Positions 9,683 through 18,136 of a DNA stretch of 64,000 nucleotides are shown here, piece after piece; the stretch's first letter is position 1, and the number at the start of each line of letters is the position of its first letter. The position numbers and the translations under genes were made by a program. Below the pieces are notes generated by a model. It worked only from the letters and a program-made list of their open reading frames with translations, was not told the origin of the DNA and did no database searches. Source of the DNA: Longimicrobiales bacterium (GTDB lineage: Bacteria; Gemmatimonadota; Gemmatimonadetes; Longimicrobiales; Gaopeijiaceae); assembly GCA_965219445.1 (NCBI GenBank), contig CBDCNQ010000001.1, forward strand, positions 64,001 to 128,000, written 5' to 3'.

Positions 9683-9852
9683 GCACAGCAGAGCAGCTCG
9701 GAAGGGGGCTCACCGGCTCCTCCGAAGAAAGTAGAGCTCTGCACGACGGGCGGTACGACTGGTGCTCCGGGCGTGGGATCGGGTGACCCGGCATGAATTC
9801 CAACTGTGGCCGGACGGTGCCCGCCCCGCTCCTCACTCGCTCTCCTGCTCAT
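9667..9852 (-). pseudogene. 5' remnant of a Cys/Met metabolism PLP-dependent enzyme (MetB/MetC/methionine gamma-lyase family)
   Basis: TVGIHAGSPDPTPGAPVVPPVVQSSTF matches the family N-terminal motif; the frame ends after about 60 codons, overlapping the wzc stop. Confidence 0.7.
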
Positions 9853-9865
9853 GCCGCTTCCCTCC

Positions 9866-10453
9866 TCACGAGGCGCCACCCACCAATGTACCGAGCGCGT
9901 GATAGACGCGGTCTCCACGAGCTACGAACGCAACGCGCCGGAGGACGAGCTCTTCCAGCGCATCTCGGTGATGAGACCCGGGGAACACCTCGGGAATCTC
10001 CGCCGCGACGATCCGGCCACGATCCTCGAGGACTGTCCAAACGTATTCCTCCTCCTCCGTCCGCGTTCCCATCAGTTCGCACAAGCCATCACCGCCTTGC
10101 GCCACGGCCAGCAACTCTCGCCTCTCCAGTACGGTCTGGATCGGTTCTTGAAGGCTCGGACGCACGCCCCTGAAGACGAAGAGGGCATCGCCGGGTCGGT
10201 CCTCTTCGAGAAAACGCATCAAGAGTTTCGCCACGATCTCGTCGGCGCATGAGAAATCCATGACGGTCACATCCGAAAGGTCGATCAACGAAAGAGCCGT
10301 TCGTGAACTTCCCGAGACCTGTTCTTCGATGGCGAGGCGAACCGCCCGGCCCGTGGGCCGTGTCACCAGATGAGAATAAAGAGATTCGACGGATCTACGT
10401 AAGACGAGCCCCACGTCGATCGAGATGGGCTCGACCCCTGGCTCAATCCGCAT
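9866..10453 (-). CDS. STAS-like (DUF4325-like) protein with probable C-terminal winged helix
   Basis: LIDLSDVTVMDFSCADEIV resembles the anti-anti-sigma STAS motif; C-terminal helix-helix-hairpin pattern. Confidence 0.65.
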   Translation of the reverse strand: MRIEPGVEPISIDVGLVLRRSVESLYSHLVTRPTGRAVRLAIEEQVSGSSRTALSLIDLSDVTVMDFSCADEIVAKLLMRFLEEDRPGDALFVFRGVRPSLQEPIQTVLERRELLAVAQGGDGLCELMGTRTEEEEYVWTVLEDRGRIVAAEIPEVFPGSHHRDALEELVLRRVAFVARGDRVYHALGTLVGGAS

Positions 10454-11336
10454 GATCGACGCGCTCCGGTAAGAGGATGTTTATCTGGGTCCCCGGAAAA
10501 TCCGACAGCTCCCCCTCCAACGGTGGCGCATCAAACCACTCGGGCACGTCCGCGATACGCGCGGTGCCGCTACGAATGGAGATCAGACCATCCCAACGAC
10601 GAACTTGCTTCCTGATCTGCTGGATACCCTGCCCCCGCCCCGAGTCCGGAAAGCGCGTGAGGCCATGAATGAAGGCCGCCTCGAGCGCGGTCACATCCCC
10701 CCACCGATCGGCGAACCGCGCGGAGTGCTCGTCGGCGAGAGACCCCCGGAATCCCCTTCCGAGATCGGCAACCGAAATGATGACCACGTGCCGGCCCAAG
10801 CGCTTCGACCAGTTGTAGGACTGGGCGGCGACCCAACCGGGCGCCTCGGCATGCTCGAGGATGTTCTGGCAGACCTCGCTCAAAATCACACTGAATTGTA
10901 CTACCGAGGTCAGCGGATAGCCGAGGGTCTTGGACAGGATGGCGCCCGCCCCATCTTGAATGCGTTCCACCACATCATGGACGTCGCTGTTCTTGGTGAT
11001 CGGTGTGATCTCCAGCAGAACGTCGGATGGCCCTGAAGAACGTCGCGGAAAGGAAGTCCCAGCCGCGAAGATGCCCTCGGCCGCCTGAAAAAAGTCCATG
11101 CGCCCCAGGTAGCTCTTCACGTCGTCCGCCCCACCCAACTCCAGGATCGGTGCCTCCCCGCTTCGGTCCCGACCGACGGAGCCAGCCGCGAGGAGGCCCA
11201 CCATACCGTTGGGACCGACCCAGCGGAGGTGCCGCCCATCGAAGAGGACCTTTTCGCCCCCAACGTCCGCGACCTCGGCGAAAAGCGCGTCCAGCGTTTG
11301 GAAATCCAAGGATGCAGGGAGGTCGATGACCCTCAC
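10443..11336 (-). CDS. STAS-like + GHKL/HATPase protein (anti-sigma Ser kinase-like)
   Basis: N-box EVCQNILEH, G1 DLGRG, G2 GRGQGI; N-terminal VLFDGRHLRWVGPNGMVGL. Confidence 0.75.
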   Translation of the reverse strand: MRVIDLPASLDFQTLDALFAEVADVGGEKVLFDGRHLRWVGPNGMVGLLAAGSVGRDRSGEAPILELGGADDVKSYLGRMDFFQAAEGIFAAGTSFPRRSSGPSDVLLEITPITKNSDVHDVVERIQDGAGAILSKTLGYPLTSVVQFSVILSEVCQNILEHAEAPGWVAAQSYNWSKRLGRHVVIISVADLGRGFRGSLADEHSARFADRWGDVTALEAAFIHGLTRFPDSGRGQGIQQIRKQVRRWDGLISIRSGTARIADVPEWFDAPPLEGELSDFPGTQINILLPERVDHAD

Positions 11337-11361
11337 TCGGAAAGCTCTTCTCCGCTCGGTA

Positions 11362-13164
11362 TCATGACTCGCCGAGCTTGAGCACCGCGAGAAACGCCTC
11401 CTGGGGAATTTCCACCGAGCCCACCTGCTTCATCCTACGCTTCCCGGCCTTCTGCTTCTCGAGAAGCTTTCGTTTCCGGGTGATGTCGCCCCCGTAGCAC
11501 TTCGCGGTGACATTCTTGCGGAGCGCCTTGACGTTGCTGCGTGCCACGATCTGAGTCCCTATCGCGGCCTGGAGCGCAACCTCAAACTGCTGGCGCGGAA
11601 TCAGTTTCTTGAGGCGGCGAACCAAGTCACGGCCGTACTCCATCGCCTTGTCTTCGTGGATAATGACCGAAAACGCATCTACGGGATCACCATTCACCAG
11701 GATATCCAGCTTGACCAGGTCGCCCGGCCGAAACTCCAGAAACTCATAATCCAGGGCCGCATACCCGCGTGTACCCCCCTTCAGCCGGTCGTAGAAATCG
11801 AGCACGATTTCGGCGAGAGGCAACTCGAACTCGATCTCGACGCGTTGCGGGTCAAGATATTGCATTCCCCCAAAGACTCCCCGTCTGTCATGGCAAAGCT
11901 TCTGTACGTTGCCGATGTACTCCGCAGGACATACGATGCGTGCCTTCACAATCGGCTCCGCGACGCTCGCGACGCGGCCACGCTCCGGGAGCAGCGTGGG
12001 GTTCTCCAGAACCATCTGGGTTTCGTCGGTCAGGGTGACGTGGTACTCCACGTTCGGCATGGTCGTAATGAGCTCGACGCCGAATTCCCTGTCGAGCCGT
12101 TCCTGGATGATTTCCATGTGCAGGAGCCCCAGGAATCCGCAGCGAAAGCCGAAGCCGAGAGCGACCGAGGTCTCCGGCACGTAGTTCAGGCTGGCATCGT
12201 TGAGCTTGAGGCGGTCGAGGGCGTCTCGTAGACCTTCATAATCGTCGCCGTCCGTCGGGTACAGCCCAGCGAACACCATAGAGTGTACATCCTTGTAGCC
12301 CTCCAGGAGTTCGGTCGCCGGCTCCGCAACATCCAAAATCGTATCGCCCACACGCGTGTGTGAGACATCCTTGATCGCGGCGATGACGTACCCGACCTCA
12401 CCAGGGCCGAGCTCGGATCGCGGGATCCGCCCAAGGCGCATCGCCCCCACCTCCGTTACCTCATAGCTCTGATCGACGGCCCCGAAAGTGATCAACATTC
12501 CGAGCTTCACCACACCGTCCACCACACGGATGTTGGGGACAGCACCCTGATATTGATCGTACGACGAATCGAAGATGAGGGCCCTGAGGGGCGCCTTCGG
12601 ATCGCCGCTCGGAGGCGGTATGTCACGGACCACAGCCTCCAGGATCGGCTCGATCCCGACCCCCTCCTTGGCGCTCGCCAGGAGGATCTTTTCGGGATCT
12701 GTTCCGAGGAGGTCCGCGACCTCTGCCCGCCTTCGTTCAGGCTCCGCCCCCGGGAGATCGATCTTGTTGATCACTGCGATGATCGCTAGCCCGGCATCCA
12801 AGGCGAGGAAGAGGTTCGAGAGCGTTTGAGCCTGCACGCCTTGTGTGGCGTCGACAACGAGAACCGCTCCCTCGCATGCCGCCAGGGAGCGGGAGACCTC
12901 GTACGTGAAATCGACGTGTCCCGGTGTATCGATCAGGTTCAGGACGTACGCCTCGCCGTCCTCGGCATTGTACGTCATCCGGACCGCGTGGAGCTTGATC
13001 GTGATCCCGCGCTCCCTCTCCAACTCGTTGGAATCCAGAACCTGCTCCCGCATATCCCGCTGGTCGATAGCTCCCGTCGCCTCGAGCAGTCGATCAGCAA
13101 GCGTCGATTTGCCGTGATCGATATGCGCGACAATACAGAAGTTCCGTATGTGGCTGAGGTTCAC
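11362..13164 (-). CDS. lepA: Elongation factor 4
   Basis: [50 protein letters not shown]. Confidence 0.98.
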   Translation of the reverse strand: MNLSHIRNFCIVAHIDHGKSTLADRLLEATGAIDQRDMREQVLDSNELERERGITIKLHAVRMTYNAEDGEAYVLNLIDTPGHVDFTYEVSRSLAACEGAVLVVDATQGVQAQTLSNLFLALDAGLAIIAVINKIDLPGAEPERRRAEVADLLGTDPEKILLASAKEGVGIEPILEAVVRDIPPPSGDPKAPLRALIFDSSYDQYQGAVPNIRVVDGVVKLGMLITFGAVDQSYEVTEVGAMRLGRIPRSELGPGEVGYVIAAIKDVSHTRVGDTILDVAEPATELLEGYKDVHSMVFAGLYPTDGDDYEGLRDALDRLKLNDASLNYVPETSVALGFGFRCGFLGLLHMEIIQERLDREFGVELITTMPNVEYHVTLTDETQMVLENPTLLPERGRVASVAEPIVKARIVCPAEYIGNVQKLCHDRRGVFGGMQYLDPQRVEIEFELPLAEIVLDFYDRLKGGTRGYAALDYEFLEFRPGDLVKLDILVNGDPVDAFSVIIHEDKAMEYGRDLVRRLKKLIPRQQFEVALQAAIGTQIVARSNVKALRKNVTAKCYGGDITRKRKLLEKQKAGKRRMKQVGSVEIPQEAFLAVLKLGES

Positions 13165-13196
13165 GTAGGGGTGATTCCGCGTCGAATGTGGCGTTC

Positions 13197-13567
13197 AGAA
13201 GGCTGTTGAAGGAGTACAGTGGGTCGCGTTGCGGATGCCACGGCCCCAGACCCTAGGCGGAGCGACGACGCCATAGCCTTAGCTATGGCTAGGAACTCCA
13301 ACAACGGAGATGGGGTCGTGCCACCGCAACCCATCAACGCGTAAGCTTATGTCATAAATGGTGGAGGGCACAGGGCGGTTGTGCGGTTGATCCTGCGTCT
13401 CTCCTCCTCGCCGTAGCGTTGCTACGCCTCGTCGTCGTTCCTTCTTCGCCTTCGGCTCAGGTGCCACGGAAATCATTGCTCGACGTCGTACACTTGTGTC
13501 CGCGACGTTGTCTGAACGCGCACAAGCGCCCTGTGCGCGACCCACTGTACTCCTTCAACAGCCTTCT
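13197..13567. mobile_element. 371-bp non-autonomous element (family A) with perfect 32-bp terminal inverted repeats
   Basis: agaaggctgttgaaggagtacagtgggtcgcg (13197-13228) is the exact reverse complement of 13536-13567; internal hairpins; no transposase. Confidence 0.9.
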
Positions 13568-13617
13568 AGTAGAACGCTACCAAGATAGTCCGATGAAATC
13601 CGCGGCAGAAGGAGGGT

Positions 13618-14976
13618 TCAACGCCTTCTCGTTCTGGTCGGACTCCTCGGGGTCGGCCCTGCGGGTCCTCGGCCGGTCGGTGACGTCCGGGAGCGCGCTC
13701 TAGGCGCCGGGCGGGCGGATGCTGACCCGCGGGACGGCCCGGGAGGTCGACGCGTGGACGGACGCTGCGACGGCGATCGAGGGGACGGCTCTGCCCGGGG
13801 ATTGTCCCGCCTTCTCGTGGAGGGCCGATCTGGCTGTGGTGAGGGACGCGGCTGAGCCGGCCGAGGCCTCGCTGTCTCGGAACGCGACGGGGTGTCTTGG
13901 GCCCGAGCGCCCGACCGTCGCTCGAGCGTCGGGCGCCTCGGTTCTCGGTCATCGACCGGTGGCGGGGTCACACGTCCGCCATCCGGTCTAACTCGGGGTG
14001 TCACATCCCGGCCGGAGGGAGTACGGCGGCTCGTGGTCGTCGGAGGCGCCACAACGGGCGGCGAAGCGACCCGGGCCCTACCCGCTCTCGGATTGGCCCT
14101 CGGTCGGTCGGCCACAGACGGTGGACCGTCCCTTGCGCCTTGACGCACCACCCTGACCGGCGTGCCGGGGTCGCCCAGAGCTCGCTCCTTGAACTCGAAA
14201 CGTGGACGTGTCGGGTTGCGGGGGCCCATCATCACGACGCGATTAGGGCGGTACCGGTAGGAGGGATAGAAATACGGGTCATCGTAGACGACAACCCTGA
14301 AGTTCACGCACGTGTACCGGTAGGGATTCCATGTGCCGTACGGGCGGAACCCATGGCACTGATAACACAGGAACCGGGGAAACTCGTGAGCACGTCCCAC
14401 CTTGTAGGAGATGAAATCCAGCCCGTAGTCCACGTATTCCCAATCGGGGACAAGCCGGGCCACGTAATCATCCATGGCGACGTAGGGATCCGTGTACACC
14501 GTGCTCCCTACGGCGGAAAGATCCCATCCTGCGTCGTAGTACGAATACCTGAAATCCGAGAGGTCGAACGGAGCCGGTGAGGTCACCATAAAGAAATACC
14601 CGACTCCGGGCCGATCATCGACGTTCCAATAAGCAGAACGCGGGAAGAGCAACCTGTAATCCCGATCCGCCCTCGCATAATGATTTTCGGAGGGGGAGCG
14701 CGGGTACAGCATCCTCGTCGTGCCGTCGGTGTCGATCTGAAGGATCGCCACATATGCATCTGCATCGGTCCGGTAGTAGATGCGGACGCGGTCGCCCGCC
14801 TCTAGCACGGGATCCACCCCACGGTCCAACCAGATGCGGGGCTCCAGGACCTCTTGCGCGTGGACATACGAGATGGACCGGTCCAAGCCACCCGTATCGA
14901 CGGTCGCTTTCACCGCACCGGAGCCCATGCCCGGCGCCAGCACGGTCACCGTGGTGACGGCTCCCACGATCCACAT
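13618..14976 (-). CDS. Secreted DUF4384-domain protein with CxxCH motif and Pro/Arg-rich tail
   Basis: RBS ggaggagg; GDRVRIYYRTDADAYVAILQIDTDGTTRMLYP is DUF4384-like; CYQCH. Confidence 0.75.
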   Translation of the reverse strand: MWIVGAVTTVTVLAPGMGSGAVKATVDTGGLDRSISYVHAQEVLEPRIWLDRGVDPVLEAGDRVRIYYRTDADAYVAILQIDTDGTTRMLYPRSPSENHYARADRDYRLLFPRSAYWNVDDRPGVGYFFMVTSPAPFDLSDFRYSYYDAGWDLSAVGSTVYTDPYVAMDDYVARLVPDWEYVDYGLDFISYKVGRAHEFPRFLCYQCHGFRPYGTWNPYRYTCVNFRVVVYDDPYFYPSYRYRPNRVVMMGPRNPTRPRFEFKERALGDPGTPVRVVRQGARDGPPSVADRPRANPRAGRARVASPPVVAPPTTTSRRTPSGRDVTPRVRPDGGRVTPPPVDDREPRRPTLERRSGARAQDTPSRSETARPRPAQPRPSPQPDRPSTRRRDNPRAEPSPRSPSQRPSTRRPPGPSRGSASARPAPRARSRTSPTGRGPAGPTPRSPTRTRRR

Positions 14977-15026
14977 CTTTCCTCCTCCAACGCATGCTCT
15001 TCTCAAAACGATTCAACCCTCATTCA

Positions 15027-15042
15027 AGCATGACGCGTGCCA
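15027..15042 (-). promoter_or_regulatory. Candidate sigma54 promoter TGGCACGCGTCATGCT
   Basis: GG-N10-GC spacing about 50 bp upstream of ATG 14976; IHF-like AATCACTGGTTTT at 15069-15081 (minus strand). Confidence 0.6.
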
Positions 15043-15286
15043 CGTGGAAAAGGCGTGAATGGCCCTTGAAAACCAGTGATTTCAACAGATCCAGTCCGGC
15101 GTTCGTCCGAAATAGTGGACGGTGTGGGTACACCCGTGGACAGCAGCTCGGACCCCCCAACCCCATTGCCTTTCTCTCGTGACGCAGTAGTCTCTTCAGT
15201 CCAGCGGCAGGCGGCGCAGCACCACGGCCGCGATATCTGTTCGACTCGGGCCTGACGGTCGACAAGCCCCTCCACCGAGGTATTCC

Positions 15287-16189
15287 GTGCGTTCACGGCC
15301 AGATCTGTTGGATCCCCAAACGCTCTCGCAGTTGGGCGGCGTCGAGTTGATCGCCCGACAAGTCGTGGAGGGGTTCATCATGGGTCTCCACCGCTCCCCA
15401 CATAGGGGGTTCTCGGCCGAGTTTGCGGAGCTTCGCGCCTATCAGCCGGGCGACGATCTGCGCCATATCGATTGGCGCATGTTCGGCCGATCCGATCGGT
15501 ACTACGTGAAGCAGTTCGAGGAAGAGACCAACCTGAGAGCGTATATACTGGTGGATGTCAGTACATCGATGGGGTGGACTTCGAATCCGGGCGTGCTTCC
15601 GACTAAGCTATGGTATGCCAAGCACTTGGCGGCCTCCATTTCACTGATTCTTCTCCGTCAGGGTGATGCTGTTGGCATGGCCGCCTTCCACGACGAGGTC
15701 GTGGCTCGCGTGGCTCCAAAGGGGGGGCAACGTTCCTGGCACGAACTCCTGCGCAGATTGGCACCGCTCGAAGCCCAGGGGAGCACATCGGCTCACACAG
15801 CGCTCCGTGACATCGCTGTCCGGCTGCGTCGCCAAGGACTCGTGGTCTTGCTGTCCGATCTCCTGGTGGACCCTGAAACCACACGGACAGCACTTCGTTT
15901 CCTGAGGCATAAAGGACACGAGGTCCTCGTTTTCCACCTGATCGATCCGGGTGAGCGAGAGCTCCCAGCCGCGGGAGACACACGCCTCTTCGAGCCCGAG
16001 AGCGGCGATGAACTCAACGTCAACATCGCCGACGTCCGTTCGGCGTACCGGGACGCTGTGAAGGATGCGCTCGAAGAGTGGGACCGAGGCCTACGCCCTC
16101 ACGGGGTCGACTACGTTGTGGTCGGAACGGAGACGCCGCTCTCGAGGGCCCTGCGCTTTTACCTCCGAAAGCGGGAGCATCTCGGGTAA
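15287..16189 (+). CDS. DUF58 (vWA-like, MoxR-associated) protein
   Basis: GLHRSPHRGFSAEFAELRAYQPGDDLRHIDW, VKQFEEETN, DVSTSM. Confidence 0.92.
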   Translation: MRSRPDLLDPQTLSQLGGVELIARQVVEGFIMGLHRSPHRGFSAEFAELRAYQPGDDLRHIDWRMFGRSDRYYVKQFEEETNLRAYILVDVSTSMGWTSNPGVLPTKLWYAKHLAASISLILLRQGDAVGMAAFHDEVVARVAPKGGQRSWHELLRRLAPLEAQGSTSAHTALRDIAVRLRRQGLVVLLSDLLVDPETTRTALRFLRHKGHEVLVFHLIDPGERELPAAGDTRLFEPESGDELNVNIADVRSAYRDAVKDALEEWDRGLRPHGVDYVVVGTETPLSRALRFYLRKREHLG

Positions 16190-18135
16190 TGGGGTTCCTG
16201 TCGCCGATCTTTCTCTTGGCGGGCCTGACGGTGGCGGTGCCGCTCATCCTACATCTCTTCCATAGGCATGACGCGAAGAGAATGGTGTTCCCGGCGCTCC
16301 AGTATCTCCTCCGAACCGAAAAGGAGCACGCCCGTACCATCCGCTTTCGCCAACTCCTCCTGCTCCTTCTCCGTATTGCGGCCATTCTCCTCTTGGTCGC
16401 CGCCGGCGCTCGCCCCTTCCTACGCGGGGGCGGTGGGGTTCACGACCCGACGGCCACCGTCCTGATCGTAGACAACTCGATGAGCTCCGGATTGATCAGA
16501 GGGGGTGCTCGAGTCCTTGACGTTCTGAAGGCCGTGGCGGTCCGAAGCGTCGAGCGTGCGAGCGAAGAGGACCGTGTTTGGCTGATCCGCGCCGGAGAGC
16601 CCTGGGAGCCGGCAATCACGGGGTCCCGAGCCGACGTGAACGCCGCTGTATTGGAGACCGAGGCGACGGACGCCCGGGGAGATCTACGGACCGCGCTGGA
16701 GAGGGCCGTGCTCCTGACTTCGGGATCTGGGCTTTCCGCCGCCGAAATCCATCTGATTTCCGACCTCCAGGCGTCCGCGTTCGAGGGAACCGGCTCAGCG
16801 GTCGAGTCCGGACCGGTGCCCGTCGTCGTGTACGATGACGGGTCCGGTGATAGAGAGAACGCCTACTTGGACAGCCTCATGATTGGTGGCGGCTTGCCTC
16901 CCCTGGCCAATCAGCGAACTCGGCTGTCCGTCCGTTTGGCCGGTGATGCGGACAGTGTGGATGTCCCGCTCCGTCTGGTGGTCGGCAATCGAATTCGCGG
17001 AGCCGCGACTGGGGGTGTGGACAACTCGGCGCTCCTGCCGATCGGGCCCTTCGCGGCGGGCTATGTGGACGGTTACGTGGAGACGGATCCGGACGATCTT
17101 CGCGGGGACGACCGGAGGTTTTTCGCCTTTCGGGTTCGCTCGGCTCCGACACTCGCGACGCCCGGCTCGGCCCCGTTTTTCCTGTCCGAAGCGATCCCGG
17201 TTCTGGTCGACGCGGGTCGCGTGCGTCCGGCATCCATCCGTGACGCTGAGATCCTGATCAGCGTGGCGGGTGCCGGAATGACCGAAGCAGGGACAGAAGG
17301 TCGGGCGGTCGTCGTCTTGCCACCGAACGACCCGGCGCTGCTCCCCGGTCTCAACCGAGCGCTAAGCGCTGCGGGGATACCATGGCGCTATGAGCCGACA
17401 ACCACCGTAGGAGAAGCCCGCGTCACCCGCTGGAGCGGGCCCGTCAATTTGAATGACGTACGCATCCGCTCCCATTACATCCTGATACCGGCGGCGGATG
17501 GGCTGAATCGAGGCGTGCTGGCGAGCCTTTCGTCTGGTGACCCCTGGCTCGTGGAAGGTACCACTCCCAGAGGCTCCTACCTGCTTTTCGCTTCGGACCT
17601 GGACGAACAGTCCACGAACCTCCCGGTGACCGCAGCCTTGATGCCCCTCATGGAGTGGATCGTGTCGCGGTGGGGTGATACGCAGGGAACACGAGGGGGC
17701 TCGATCGCCGGTATGCCGATCTCCCCTCCCCCGGGGACGACGAGCATTCGGGACCCTGCGGGGACAATTCATCCGGTGGATGCCACACAGCCCTTCGCAG
17801 CGACGCCGGCCGCGGGCGTGTACGAGCTTCTGGCAGGCGACTCCACGATCCAGATGATCGCTGTGAACGCGCCGAGAGAGGAATCCCTCCTGTTCCCCAT
17901 TGAGACCGGCGTGCTCAGAAATCTCCTGCCGGGCCCCTCCACAGTGGTCACGGACAGTGCCCGGTGGGCCAGTGCCGTGTTCTCGGCTGGACAGGGACCA
18001 GAGATCTGGCGGTGGCTTCTCGCTGCAGCAGTCCTGGTCCTCGTCGCCGAGAGCCTCGTTGCGGCTTCGGGCCCGTCGTCGGATAAGTCCCGCTCCGGAG
18101 CCGCCCCCGGACTGCAGGAAACCGTATTGGGCTGA
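16189..18135 (+). CDS. BatA-domain / vWA membrane protein
   Basis: MGFLSPIFLLAGLTVAVPLILHL BatA N-terminus, MIDAS DNSMSS, C-terminal EIWRWLL TM segment. Confidence 0.85.
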   Translation: MGFLSPIFLLAGLTVAVPLILHLFHRHDAKRMVFPALQYLLRTEKEHARTIRFRQLLLLLLRIAAILLLVAAGARPFLRGGGGVHDPTATVLIVDNSMSSGLIRGGARVLDVLKAVAVRSVERASEEDRVWLIRAGEPWEPAITGSRADVNAAVLETEATDARGDLRTALERAVLLTSGSGLSAAEIHLISDLQASAFEGTGSAVESGPVPVVVYDDGSGDRENAYLDSLMIGGGLPPLANQRTRLSVRLAGDADSVDVPLRLVVGNRIRGAATGGVDNSALLPIGPFAAGYVDGYVETDPDDLRGDDRRFFAFRVRSAPTLATPGSAPFFLSEAIPVLVDAGRVRPASIRDAEILISVAGAGMTEAGTEGRAVVVLPPNDPALLPGLNRALSAAGIPWRYEPTTTVGEARVTRWSGPVNLNDVRIRSHYILIPAADGLNRGVLASLSSGDPWLVEGTTPRGSYLLFASDLDEQSTNLPVTAALMPLMEWIVSRWGDTQGTRGGSIAGMPISPPPGTTSIRDPAGTIHPVDATQPFAATPAAGVYELLAGDSTIQMIAVNAPREESLLFPIETGVLRNLLPGPSTVVTDSARWASAVFSAGQGPEIWRWLLAAAVLVLVAESLVAASGPSSDKSRSGAAPGLQETVLG

Positions 18136-18136
18136 C

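Noticed and set aside
13279..13545. Similar short ORFs in family A copies (13279..13545, 23151..23336; GLRWHDPISVVG)
   Set aside because: The similarity follows from the DNA repeat; starts and stops differ and there are no protein motifs
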